Assembly: GCA_048882045.1 (NCBI GenBank)
Contig: JBHLRZ010000040.1
Coordinates: 1 to 26,756 of the forward strand
Length of the DNA stretch: 26,756 bases
Reading direction: 5' to 3'
Source: Candidatus Thorarchaeota archaeon
GTDB taxonomy: Archaea > Asgardarchaeota > Thorarchaeia > Thorarchaeales > Thorarchaeaceae
Positions 16,315-26,500 of the stretch are shown here, in pieces. The notes under the pieces were generated by a model that did not search any database, was not told the origin of the DNA, and saw nothing but the letters and a program-made list of their open reading frames with translations. The first letter of the stretch is position 1, and every line of letters starts with the position of its first letter. The position numbers were made by a program, and so were the translations under genes.

Positions 16315-19185
16315 CTATCCCGTGAGTGCTTTGATTTCGTTCACCATACTCTCTTTGGCTGAACTTTCTCCTCTGATCTTATTGATGGCTGATGTCACTG
16401 ATTTGATGGTCTTACTGTTGCCATTCCGTTCAAGAGTCTTTACTGCAAGACTGACAAGTGGTCTTATTGTATCGTGCAACAGTGGATAGACAGATGATGC
16501 GTCGACTGTTTTACCAGGTCTCTTGATGTAATTGTTCATCAGACCGATGACACCATTCACGGAAGATAGACAGAGGTCTGCCATCGGTTGACTCTTCACC
16601 AACTCCTCGCAAATTTGTTGTTCGCATCTATCAATGCTTGAAATAAGGTCCTCGACCAGTTTCAGAGCCGCTGAGAAAACTGCTTCAAAGTGCTCTCGAT
16701 CTCTTACTGGCGCTTTTGACAGATCTTTGAAAGCTTGCAAAGTGATTGAAATTCTCACCTCAAACTTGTCCTCACCAAATGATGAATTCAAATCCCCAAG
16801 TTCTGTAAGAGCGAGTTTCGCCCGTCCGCTTTTCATAAGTTTTCCAAACTCTTTTGATACAAATGATATGTCCTCTGAATCGAATCCAAGAAGCTGCCAC
16901 TTGTTCCTTAGATGGGACATCATACCAGAATAGTCTCCAAACTTGACAGCTCTCTGCATCCCTTTCTGAAACACTCCATTTACAATCCGATGAGCATTCT
17001 CGTCCAAGGATGCTTCACTGATGTTTCGGGTAAGAATGTCAGATGCTGCACCATCACCCAAGGTTTCAGCCAATGATAACGAAATCAGGTCTAGATTATT
17101 GATGTACATAGCAAAATCTAACTTGACAAGTTTCCCTGCTCCAGCTGCAAGTAGATTTCCTAGGGATTCTTCATCCGTTAATTTCCCCTTTTCACTCAAA
17201 ATCATGACTCTACGGCATGCTTTAAGCAATCTTCTTGCAAACTTTCTTGGAGTAATCGTTTTGTCTGAAATCGCTTCTTCGAGAAGTTCAAAGCTGGTCT
17301 TCCTCATTCCCACGGTTCCTGATATTGAATCCTCTATTGCCTTCTCAATCATGGGGCCAATGTCACCCATTTTTTTGAGTTCTTCTAGATTTTTGAGTTC
17401 CTTTGCAATATCGTCTACCTTTACATCTCCCGCTGCAGCAATTTGCTCTTCTATGAATTTTCCGAGACTGTCTGGAACCACAACTGGCTTCTGCCCGGAT
17501 TTCGTCATAGTTGAAACAACTTCTGGTACTGGTTCAAAAGAAGGAATCTCTGAAAGAGGACCTGTAAGAGCAAACAGACCCTGACTAATTGGGTTCTCTA
17601 GGTGTTGATTTGCTAGATCTAACGCAAGTGGGTCAATCCTATCAGTACCAAAGTTCTTGGCTGCAAAGTAGGAGTATGCTAGAAGTAGGTCTAGTCCTCC
17701 AGTCTTGTCAACCTCATACTCTGCCTTGACATGCTTCCACCCATCATCAAGCGCTTGACTCTCAATGTTCCGTCGTCCAGCCACTCCCATCTCTTGTGCG
17801 ACTAATCGGAAGTCGCCTACGACAGGATGGTCAACTTTTCCTCTTAGAACATCAGCAAGAGTGTCATGCATGAACTTCAAGGAGAAAAATCGAGGGTCTC
17901 GAGATAGGTACTGCTTGAATGCATTGAATGGTCCTGGACTGTCAGACGGTTGTTTTAGTGCAAAGAACATTTGATTCAGATGGACCTCATGTGTCTCATA
18001 GTTCGGCATGTCTGCCAGGCAGAGGAGCGTCTTGATTACAGGTAGAGCTCCAGCTCTTGGTTTGTATATTGTCCCATCCAACTCAAACAGTATTCGAGCA
18101 AGGATTCCTGCAACATAATCTGTCATTCCCCTTGGTGCAGTCTTCAATCGATTAGTTGTGAGCTTGGAAATTGTGCCTGCCTTTACTTCAGCTCCAATTT
18201 CCTCAGCTAAATATCTGACATAGATTGGGCTTCCCTGTGCACTCTCTACTATTGTTGTTAGCGCCTCCTTCTCATAGGTTATCCCTTGACTCTCTAGATG
18301 TTTCTTTACAATATCCGTCATCACATCATCTGAGATATTTGGGAGATTGATTGGAGTGAACTTACTTCTCAGATTTAGGGGTAGACGCGACCAGTCCTGA
18401 TCACGTGCAGTGGTGACTATACCGTTCACATCCCTCTCGACAACAGCCTTTGCCAACTCCCGCGATTCAGGAATGTCATCACTGAACAGAATCACTCCTT
18501 CCTTTTCGTGTGTCCTGGCAACATCCTTTGTGTCCCACACAAGTGCTGTATCGTGCTCCTTGTCCAGTTCTTTCCAGATTGCATACATCACTGTTGTCTT
18601 CCCAGATCCTGGAGCTCCGAGGATGACAACATTTTCTCCGTCTTTTGCACTCTTCACTGCTGTATTGATCACAGTCTTTCGAGCTTCTTCTATTACCAAC
18701 ACATCTTCAAGATATGTTGGAAGTCTCCAGACATTCATAATTCGACTTTGTGAATCCGGTATCTCGTAGTAAGAGAGCATCTCATGAAGGATTCCAAGGT
18801 TCTGCAGAACCACTGTTAATTCAGATTTCATTGTGTCTACGAACTGTCCGGTTTCAGGTGCATTTGCTCCGAGTTGGTTCATTGCAGTTGCTACTGGAGC
18901 CGCTACATGCACTCCTCCTTCTCTAACTGCTTCCTTGAGTGAATCCCTGACTGCTGGGTCTTGAATAGCTTCTTTGAAGAAGTCAATCAACTGATCTGGC
19001 CGCACTCTCTGTTTGTCCTCTTGCGCCTTCATAATTGATCCAGCAGCAACAGCCAATATCGCGGATCCTGAACCAATCATAGCGAAGTTAGCTGCCACTG
19101 CTGAAGCTATCCCTAAAACCTTCTTTGCACGTGGACGTTCAGCGAAATAGCTCGTTATTGCATCCTTGAGACCCAAGTTGTTCAC
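16315..19185 (-). CDS. STAND-class P-loop ATPase (NB-ARC/NLR-like), 956 aa
   Basis: Walker A GAPGSGKT (190-197), Walker B VILFSDD, sensor-1 IVTTAR, GSP (318-320) and MHD (439-441); apparently helical N- and C-terminal regions. Start is GTG19185 or TTG19176. Confidence 0.8.
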   Translation of the reverse strand: MNNLGLKDAITSYFAERPRAKKVLGIASAVAANFAMIGSGSAILAVAAGSIMKAQEDKQRVRPDQLIDFFKEAIQDPAVRDSLKEAVREGGVHVAAPVATAMNQLGANAPETGQFVDTMKSELTVVLQNLGILHEMLSYYEIPDSQSRIMNVWRLPTYLEDVLVIEEARKTVINTAVKSAKDGENVVILGAPGSGKTTVMYAIWKELDKEHDTALVWDTKDVARTHEKEGVILFSDDIPESRELAKAVVERDVNGIVTTARDQDWSRLPLNLRSKFTPINLPNISDDVMTDIVKKHLESQGITYEKEALTTIVESAQGSPIYVRYLAEEIGAEVKAGTISKLTTNRLKTAPRGMTDYVAGILARILFELDGTIYKPRAGALPVIKTLLCLADMPNYETHEVHLNQMFFALKQPSDSPGPFNAFKQYLSRDPRFFSLKFMHDTLADVLRGKVDHPVVGDFRLVAQEMGVAGRRNIESQALDDGWKHVKAEYEVDKTGGLDLLLAYSYFAAKNFGTDRIDPLALDLANQHLENPISQGLFALTGPLSEIPSFEPVPEVVSTMTKSGQKPVVVPDSLGKFIEEQIAAAGDVKVDDIAKELKNLEELKKMGDIGPMIEKAIEDSISGTVGMRKTSFELLEEAISDKTITPRKFARRLLKACRRVMILSEKGKLTDEESLGNLLAAGAGKLVKLDFAMYINNLDLISLSLAETLGDGAASDILTRNISEASLDENAHRIVNGVFQKGMQRAVKFGDYSGMMSHLRNKWQLLGFDSEDISFVSKEFGKLMKSGRAKLALTELGDLNSSFGEDKFEVRISITLQAFKDLSKAPVRDREHFEAVFSAALKLVEDLISSIDRCEQQICEELVKSQPMADLCLSSVNGVIGLMNNYIKRPGKTVDASSVYPLLHDTIRPLVSLAVKTLERNGNSKTIKSVTSAINKIRGESSAKESMVNEIKALTG

Positions 19186-19303
19186 TACCTTAAAGTGGAT
19201 GCGACTGAAGGAGTACGTGACTAAATAGGTTTGGGGAGTCTAATTCTATACTCCGTTGCGTAGAAATGCTGTATTATATTCACCGTGGTTCTTAGAGATT
19301 AGC

Positions 19304-20083
19304 ATGATGCGCTCAAGAAACTCAAAAATCTTGTTTGGTATCATTCTTGGAGCTATTGTTGTTTCTGCCCCAATCATATTGATGCTACTTCCCCAATCTC
19401 AGAGTGAAATTAGCGTATCGCTGCTAATTAATGATGGCGTAATGATCGAAGCAAATGGTATCCGAATATTCATTGATCCTCTTTTTCTCCCAAGCAACTA
19501 TTCAGACATGCCTGCTGACTTGATTCTCATCACACATGCTCATGGTGATCATTATAGTCCGCTAGACATTGATATCGTATATACAAATGACACACTCTTT
19601 GTGTGTCCAGAGAATATGACTGAAGCTATCGACAGATATGATGGCTTCGGAGTTAATCCTGGTGATACTTTTCTCTTTGGAGACATCAATATCACTGCTT
19701 TCCCACTTTACTTACCTGACTATCCATCTGGAGTTCCTAGTGCTCATCCACGAGAAAGTAACTGGACAAGCTTCATAATTGACATTAATGGATTTACTAT
19801 ATTCCATGCTGGTGATAACAAGTACATTGATGAATATGAACAATTGACGGATAAAATCGATCTTGCTTTTCTTCCGATATATTTCGACCCTGGTCTAGGA
19901 GCTCTGAATGAATCACTCCTCCCCATTGTCGATGCCATCAACACCATCAGACCTCGCTCGATCATTCTCACCCACTACATCGGAGCCATTCGTGAAACCT
20001 TCATCTCTGAGTATAGTATTCTAGTCGATGATTCTGAATGTGAGATATTGGATATTGAATATTGGACAGATCTCATCTTTTAA
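19304..20083 (+). CDS. Membrane-anchored metallo-beta-lactamase-fold hydrolase
   Basis: N-terminal TM ILFGIILGAIVVSAPIILMLL; IFIDP, THAHGDH, FHAGD and THY motifs. Start placed at ATG19304 or 19307. Confidence 0.88.
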   Translation: MMRSRNSKILFGIILGAIVVSAPIILMLLPQSQSEISVSLLINDGVMIEANGIRIFIDPLFLPSNYSDMPADLILITHAHGDHYSPLDIDIVYTNDTLFVCPENMTEAIDRYDGFGVNPGDTFLFGDINITAFPLYLPDYPSGVPSAHPRESNWTSFIIDINGFTIFHAGDNKYIDEYEQLTDKIDLAFLPIYFDPGLGALNESLLPIVDAINTIRPRSIILTHYIGAIRETFISEYSILVDDSECEILDIEYWTDLIF

Positions 20084-20299
20084 GTAAATGAGAACGAAAT
20101 ATGACATAGCGATTCGAAACCGATGCTTCCTTTTCTTGTCAGGTTCTAATACTGGAGAGTATGCAAAACAGATGGAATTGAGAAACTCGTCTTTGCACAT
20201 ATCAAGACCCATTTTTAATTTTCACATATATATTTCATTTTTTATATATATCCAAAATATTTAATAATGATGAAATCTATGATATTCAGTCGCGCTTCA

Positions 20300-20403
20300 G
20301 GAGGATATGGAATGATTGTAATAACTTGCATCAATTCATTATCTAATGACAAACCAAAATGTCATCCACTATTAATCTCAGCTCTAATCTGCCCATATCC
20401 TCC
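20300..20403. repeat. Long-range inverted repeat 1 (11-bp arms)
   Basis: GGAGGATATGG (20300-20310) pairs with CCATATCCTCC (20393-20403); internal hairpin ATGACA-N8-TGTCAT (20346-20365). Confidence 0.75.
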
Positions 20404-20443
20404 ACCAATCTTGAGGATTCAAAATCCTAAAACAACGAAAAAA

Positions 20444-20555
20444 GGCAGGAGCTGGCTTCAAAATATCTGGATCCCTCTTTAACCGGCATCAAATTTCATG
20501 TATATTTGGAAGGTCTCATGCGCAGGCCTCTGATCCCCACAATTTGGCTCCTGCC
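20444..20555. repeat. Long-range inverted repeat 2 (9-bp arms)
   Basis: GGCAGGAGC (20444-20452) pairs with GCTCCTGCC (20547-20555); on the minus strand the stem is followed by TTTTTT. Confidence 0.7.
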
Positions 20556-20597
20556 AATCCCTGTATCATCCACTCTTGTCTTACTAATCTAGTCGAA

Positions 20598-23500
20598 TTA
20601 TGCTGCTACTGAATCAAGAGTGATTACAAAGCCTGTGGATTTTCCTTTTTCCAATGAAATACTCCAACCATGAGCTTCAACGAGTTTCTTAACAATTGAA
20701 AGTCCAAGACCCGTACCTCTCTCCTTAGTTGTAAATCCTCTTCTAAATATGCTAGATCTTATGTTGGCGGGGATTATAGCTCCATCATTTCTAATAACAA
20801 TTGATGTGCCAGTAGAGAGTTCAATTCTTCTAACTTCAATCTTAGTTGGTTTACCGTGTTCAATAGCATTCACAAGTAAGTTTTGAAATATCTGACTGAT
20901 TCTTTCAGGACTGCCCATGACGTTTGGTAAATCATCAACTTGAAACGAAATTGAGTCTGGCAAAGTTGTTTCCGCAATTTCTCTTACGATTGTATTCAGG
21001 TCAACTTTTTCTTTTTTCTCGATTACCATACCCGCGTCAGCAAGCTCTGCCGAAGCCTGAAGGAGTACTGCAGATTGTTGGGCAATGTTATCGATCCTCT
21101 GAAGTGTTTCTCCATCAGGATTCTTCAACATAATCTTGGCAAGAGAACGTATGTTTTTCATCTTATTCCCAAGGTCATGTGACATCATATGTGCTAATTC
21201 ACTCAACTCTTCCTTTTGTCTTCTAAGAAGGTTATCTGCTATTTTCCAATCAGTGATATCCTGAAATATGCAGTGAGTCTGCTTGAAATTACCATTTTCA
21301 TCATATGCTACTCTCCCATTGAATCTAGCAACTAGTATTGTTCCATTACTCTTTATCATCTCAAACTCAATGTTTCTCACAAATCCATCTGATTTGAAAT
21401 TCGGAAAGATATCGATGAACAACTCTTTAGACTCTGAAGTCATGAAATCGACCAAGTATTGACCGACAATATCTCCTTTTGTATATCCCATTATATCAAG
21501 CCATGCTTGGTTCACATTGACGATTTCACCATCTACATCTAATGTTTGATATCCCAATGGAGCTTTCTCAAATAGGTCTCGAAATCTCTGTTCACTAGCC
21601 TCTAGCGCTCTAAGTGCATTCTTACGCTCAGTTATATCAATTGAATACTCAATCATTTGAATAACTTCATCTTTATCATCAAAAACCGGATAGGCATGAA
21701 CTTCAACATCCCGTGGATTGCCCTTTGCATCAAAGTGAATGTGCTCAGTTACGACCCTACTCTTTGTCCTTGCGACTTCGGAGAGAGGACAAGGATGGTC
21801 CTTTCCAGAACAAGGTTCACTATTCAAATGAGTTATTGAGTAGCAAGTGCCCTCTATTTGTTCGATACCATTTCGCGCAGCGCGATTGGCCATCTGTATT
21901 GTGTAGTCGTTGACATCAACGACATAGAAGGGATGATCCAATGATTCAATCACTTCATTCAGAAATTCCACTTGCTTTTCTAGGGCTTTTTCTACCATCA
22001 ATCTTTGAGAAACATCTCTCGATATTCCAAAGAGTACAGTTGATCCTTGCCATTTCCCCAAAGATATTTGGGTTTCTGCTGGGAGCTCGGTTTCGTCCCT
22101 TCTCATGAGTGGCACCGGGCAAAAAGTAGTCTTACCAGCTATCATTTCTTGCAAAATTGCGGCAGCTTCGTCTCTTCTTTCAACGGGGTGCAGCTGAACA
22201 GCTGGAAGTCCTTGAAGTTCCTCTTCACTGTATCCGAGACGTTCTCTTGCTGATTTGTTTGTGGTTATTATCCGTGTATCTAGGCCGACTATAAAAAGCA
22301 TGTCTTCAACAGTGTCAAAAAGGGTTCTCAGGTTTTCTTCACTAAGTATGAGAGTCTGTTCTGCAATCCTTCTATCTTTTGAATCTAGAAACGTAATAAC
22401 AACTTGTCCAGGTGAACTCTGAAAAGCAAAAATATCAAGTGCTTGAGAAATCTGTCCCTTCTCAAAAGAAACTCGTTCTCCTTTCCACAATGAGCCATTC
22501 TTAGCGATATCCCACAATTCTGAAGGGATTTCTCTATCTTCAAGTGATGGGAACGTTTCCTGAATTGTTCTACCAATCAAATCATTGTGATTCACACCCA
22601 AGATATTATCAGCTGCTAGGTTCTTTTCTACAAGAATGAAATTATTTTCTGAATCTAGTTCATAAATGTGAATACCCATAGAAGCGGAATCAATGACTTG
22701 TCTGAATTTGGTTTCACTTGCTTTGAGATCTTCCTCCGCACTTATCCGATCAGATATGTTTTCCGCCATTCCAATGATAAAAGAAATCTCCCCGTCATTA
22801 TCACGAACAACTGTTACTGTTAGATTAACCCAAATTGTTTTGCCATTCTTAGTGATGTATCTTTTAATCATTTGATAGGTGTTTCTTTTCTTTTCAAGCA
22901 CCTCTTTAAACAATGATGCATCTACTAAAGCATCATCTGGATGAGTGAAATCTGCAATTTTCAATTGTCGAAGTTCTTCAATACTGTATCCTAACATCTC
23001 TTGATATGCAGAATTCGCTTCTATGATATAGTCATCAGTGCCAACCAAAGTCATACCTATTCCAGCTTTTTCGAAGATACTTCGGAATTTTGCTTCACTG
23101 TTTTTCAGAGCTTCTTCTGCGAGTTTCTGCTTAGTAAAGTCCTCAAGAATCCCTATGGTGAATTCCGGATCTCCGCTGTAGTTTCTAACTAGTGAAACTG
23201 TCAAGCGTCCCCATATTTCTCGTCCGTCCTTGCGAATATAGCATTTAATCATGTTATAGCTGTCCCGTTTCCCTTCGATCAGTTCTCTACTGAGACGCGA
23301 TTCAATCTCTCGGTGTTCCTGAGTAGTGATATCGAATGCACTGATTCCTCTCAGTTTTCCACTACTGTATCCAAGCATGTCTTCTAGAGCATTGTTTGCC
23401 TCCAAAATCTCACCAGATACATCTACTCTCGCGACGCCAACTGCAGCATGTTCAAACATTGCTCTGAATCTGGCTTCACTTTCCTGTAATCTCCTCTCAG

Positions 23501-26500
23501 CCAACATGCGCTCTGAGATGTCTAAAGTTTGGATGATGAATCCTCTTGGATTTCCAGAGCTATCAATACCAAGTGGTGCAATAACAGATTCAATATACTC
23601 TTCTCCAGATTTGATTGTTTCAATTGCTGTTCGTTCCTTGAACAAGTCAAAATTAAAGATCCCTTCGGATCTGAGTGTTTCACCAGCAAGCATTTTCTGT
23701 TTGTCATTTTCTGATAGATTTGGGTCACTGAAAATATTGTGTCCTTCGAGAGCATGTTCAGAAGCAATCCCGAAAAGATCCAAACAAGCTTTGTTTGCTC
23801 GGATAAATACGCCTTCCGAATCATATGCATTAATAGCTATTGGAGATGCTTCAATAATCGAGTTGAGGAACTCCTCACTCGACTGCAAATCATCACGCAA
23901 TTTTATCTTTTCTCTGATATCTTCGACCATGCCAATTATGAACTCGGGTTCTCCGGCATCGTTTCTCTTAATTGAAACATTTAATCTCCCCCAAACAATT
24001 TGTCCCTTTTTATCGTAGTAGCGCTTCTCAATTGTATATATGTCCCTAGTGCCTTCAAATAATTCTTGATTTAGCCGAAATTCTTCTTTCCAGTCATCTG
24101 GATGAGTGATCGATTCGACATTTAATCTTGTCAGTTCGTCGTGTGTGTACCCAAGCATATCTACAAGTGCATTATTTACTCGAAATAGACTGCCATCCAT
24201 TCCAGCGTGCGACATTCCAATCGGGGCATGATCAAATATTAGTCTGAATCTAGATTCACTGGCTCTTAGTTCTTCTTCTGCTTGTTTCTTTTTCGTGATA
24301 TCCAATCCTGCGCTAAGGATACTTGAAGAGGTGCCCTCAATTTTAGTAAGCACAACATCATGCCACTGAATCCAGTGAATGTTCCCATTTACATCAAGGA
24401 CGGGACCTGGAACTCCTGGTGTTGTTTCCCTATCTCCCGAGATTACACCAAGCATATAGTTGCGTATCTCATTTTTTTTCCATTCGGGAATGAAATCATC
24501 AATCCAATTCTTGCCAATGATCTCCTCTTGGGGGCGTCCAAGAATTCGGCAACCTTCTTTATTGATTAGTGTTATATTCAGATCGGAGTCTGTTGCAATT
24601 ATCAGAGTGCCTGCCATATCCAAATACGTTTCAGCGCGAACTTTCTCTTCCTCCAATTTGTCTTCTGCTAACTTTCTTTTAGTGATATCCAGGATGGTGA
24701 TAAGAATTGCAGGTCCTTTTTCTAAATCAATCAAGCTTGATCCAAGGATGAGCCAAATCCTCTTTCCGCTTTTATGATATCCTTGAATCTCGAATTGTGA
24801 AGCAATACTCCTCTTATTTGTCAGATTAATGAGATGATTCATGAGTGGTTCTCTTTGGGATTCATCAAGAAGTTCAAACACTCCGTTACTACCTTTTTCT
24901 GTTAGCTCTTCGACATTGTAACCAAATATCCTCGTTATTTTTGAATTACAAAATTGGACCGTCATTGTTTCAGGTTCTAGAATGATAATACCCTCTTCAG
25001 CATTTTCAACAAGAGTTTGATACTTTCGCTCACTTTCTTCAAAGGCTCGCTCTGCATATCGTTGCTCGCTAATGTCTTGTCCTGAACTAAGTGTACCAAC
25101 TATTTCTCCTTCTTCATTTTGCAGCACACTATTTACCCAAGAAATAATCCTCTCTTCGCCCGATTTTGTTTGCACTAATGACTCCGCAATCCTAGTTTCA
25201 TTTAGTTGCCCAGCGATGAGTTCCGAGAAGAATTCTACTGTGTCCTTTTGTATTTTCTGTGGGACAAAAACTTCGAACCAATTTTGCCCAAGAGCCTCAT
25301 CTTTGGAACACTCAAGAACTTCACACCCTTTCCTGTTGATTAGTGTTATATTACCGTCGATGTCTAACGCAACCAAAATGACCTCGGCTATATCCAGATA
25401 TGATTGAGCTCTGTCTCTTTCTGCCCTAAGTAGTATTTCTGCTTGTATTTGTGCAGTCACATCCTCAACCATTCCAATAGTAGCTTGCGGAAATCCTTCT
25501 GCATCTTTTATAAGAGATACAGTCAGCTTTCCCCAAACTGTTTCGTCATCTTTCCTGACATATCGTTTCTGAATTCGGTATTGTGTTTCTTTGGCATCCA
25601 ACATGTTTTGTAATGCCATGTCATCATGTTCTATGTCCATCTGGTGTGTAAAATCATTTGTTTTCATTGTCAAGAGTTCTTCGTTATCATATCCTAGAAA
25701 TTCGCTAAGGGCTTCGTTTGCTTCAAGGACTTGGCCATCCATTGTAACAAGAGCCATGCCTATTCCTGCGCGTTCAAAGATCGCTCGAAATTGAGATTCG
25801 CTCTCTCTAATTGCACTTTCTGCCTTCACCCTTTCGGAAATGTTATGACATATGTGAACAACGCCAGCTGGATTTCCATCCTCCTCGAAAATTGGTGAAG
25901 TCGTGACCAAGTAGGGCTCACCAAGATTAGGATCAAGAATCTCCACCGTAGCTTTTTCTCCGGTTTCCATCGTGATTATGTGAGGACATCCAGGAAATGG
26001 ACTATCTGACTTATGCATCACTTCATAACATGCCCTGCCAATCAAATCTTCACGACTACATCCTAGCGCATCAGCCATGGACTTGTTTGCTTTTATTATA
26101 CGAAAGTCATTATCTAACACAGAAACGAGATCCGGGAGGGAGTCGAAGGTATTCCTCCATTCTCTCTCAGCTAATTTCACCTCATTCTCAGCTTTTTGAC
26201 GCTCTGTGATATCTCTTATAATAACAATAATGCTCCTTTGATCCTCGTGAAGATCCAGATCAACGGTTAACCATTTATCGATTGCTTCCAGACTGAGTTT
26301 GAAATCAAAAGACTCTCTCTCTCCAGTTGCCCTGACCTCTGATGAGAACGTGTGAAATGGCTCCATGAAACTGGATGGGAACACAACATCTGCGGGTTTT
26401 CCAAGAATTTCCTTAGGATGAGGCAGATGTGGATTTCTATCAGGAGAATGAAATTGGATAAATCGATTCTGTTCATCAAGTACATAGATTTGGTCGCTCA

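Noticed and set aside
20021-20212. 63-aa minus-strand ORF behind an AT-rich tract
   Set aside because: It overlaps the MBL gene 3' end and has no recognisable motif, so it cannot be supported as a gene.
20267-20555. Box C/D or H/ACA guide RNA, SRP RNA or RNase P RNA identity for the twin-hairpin region
   Set aside because: ATGATGA at 20267 has no suitably spaced CTGA on the same strand. No convincing ACA/K-turn placement or SRP/RNase P consensus was seen.
449-26485. Numerous antisense or alternate-frame ORFs (e.g. 2464-3108, 13700-14377, 17021-17584, 23326-24018)
   Set aside because: They are shadows of well-supported genes and have no domain motifs.
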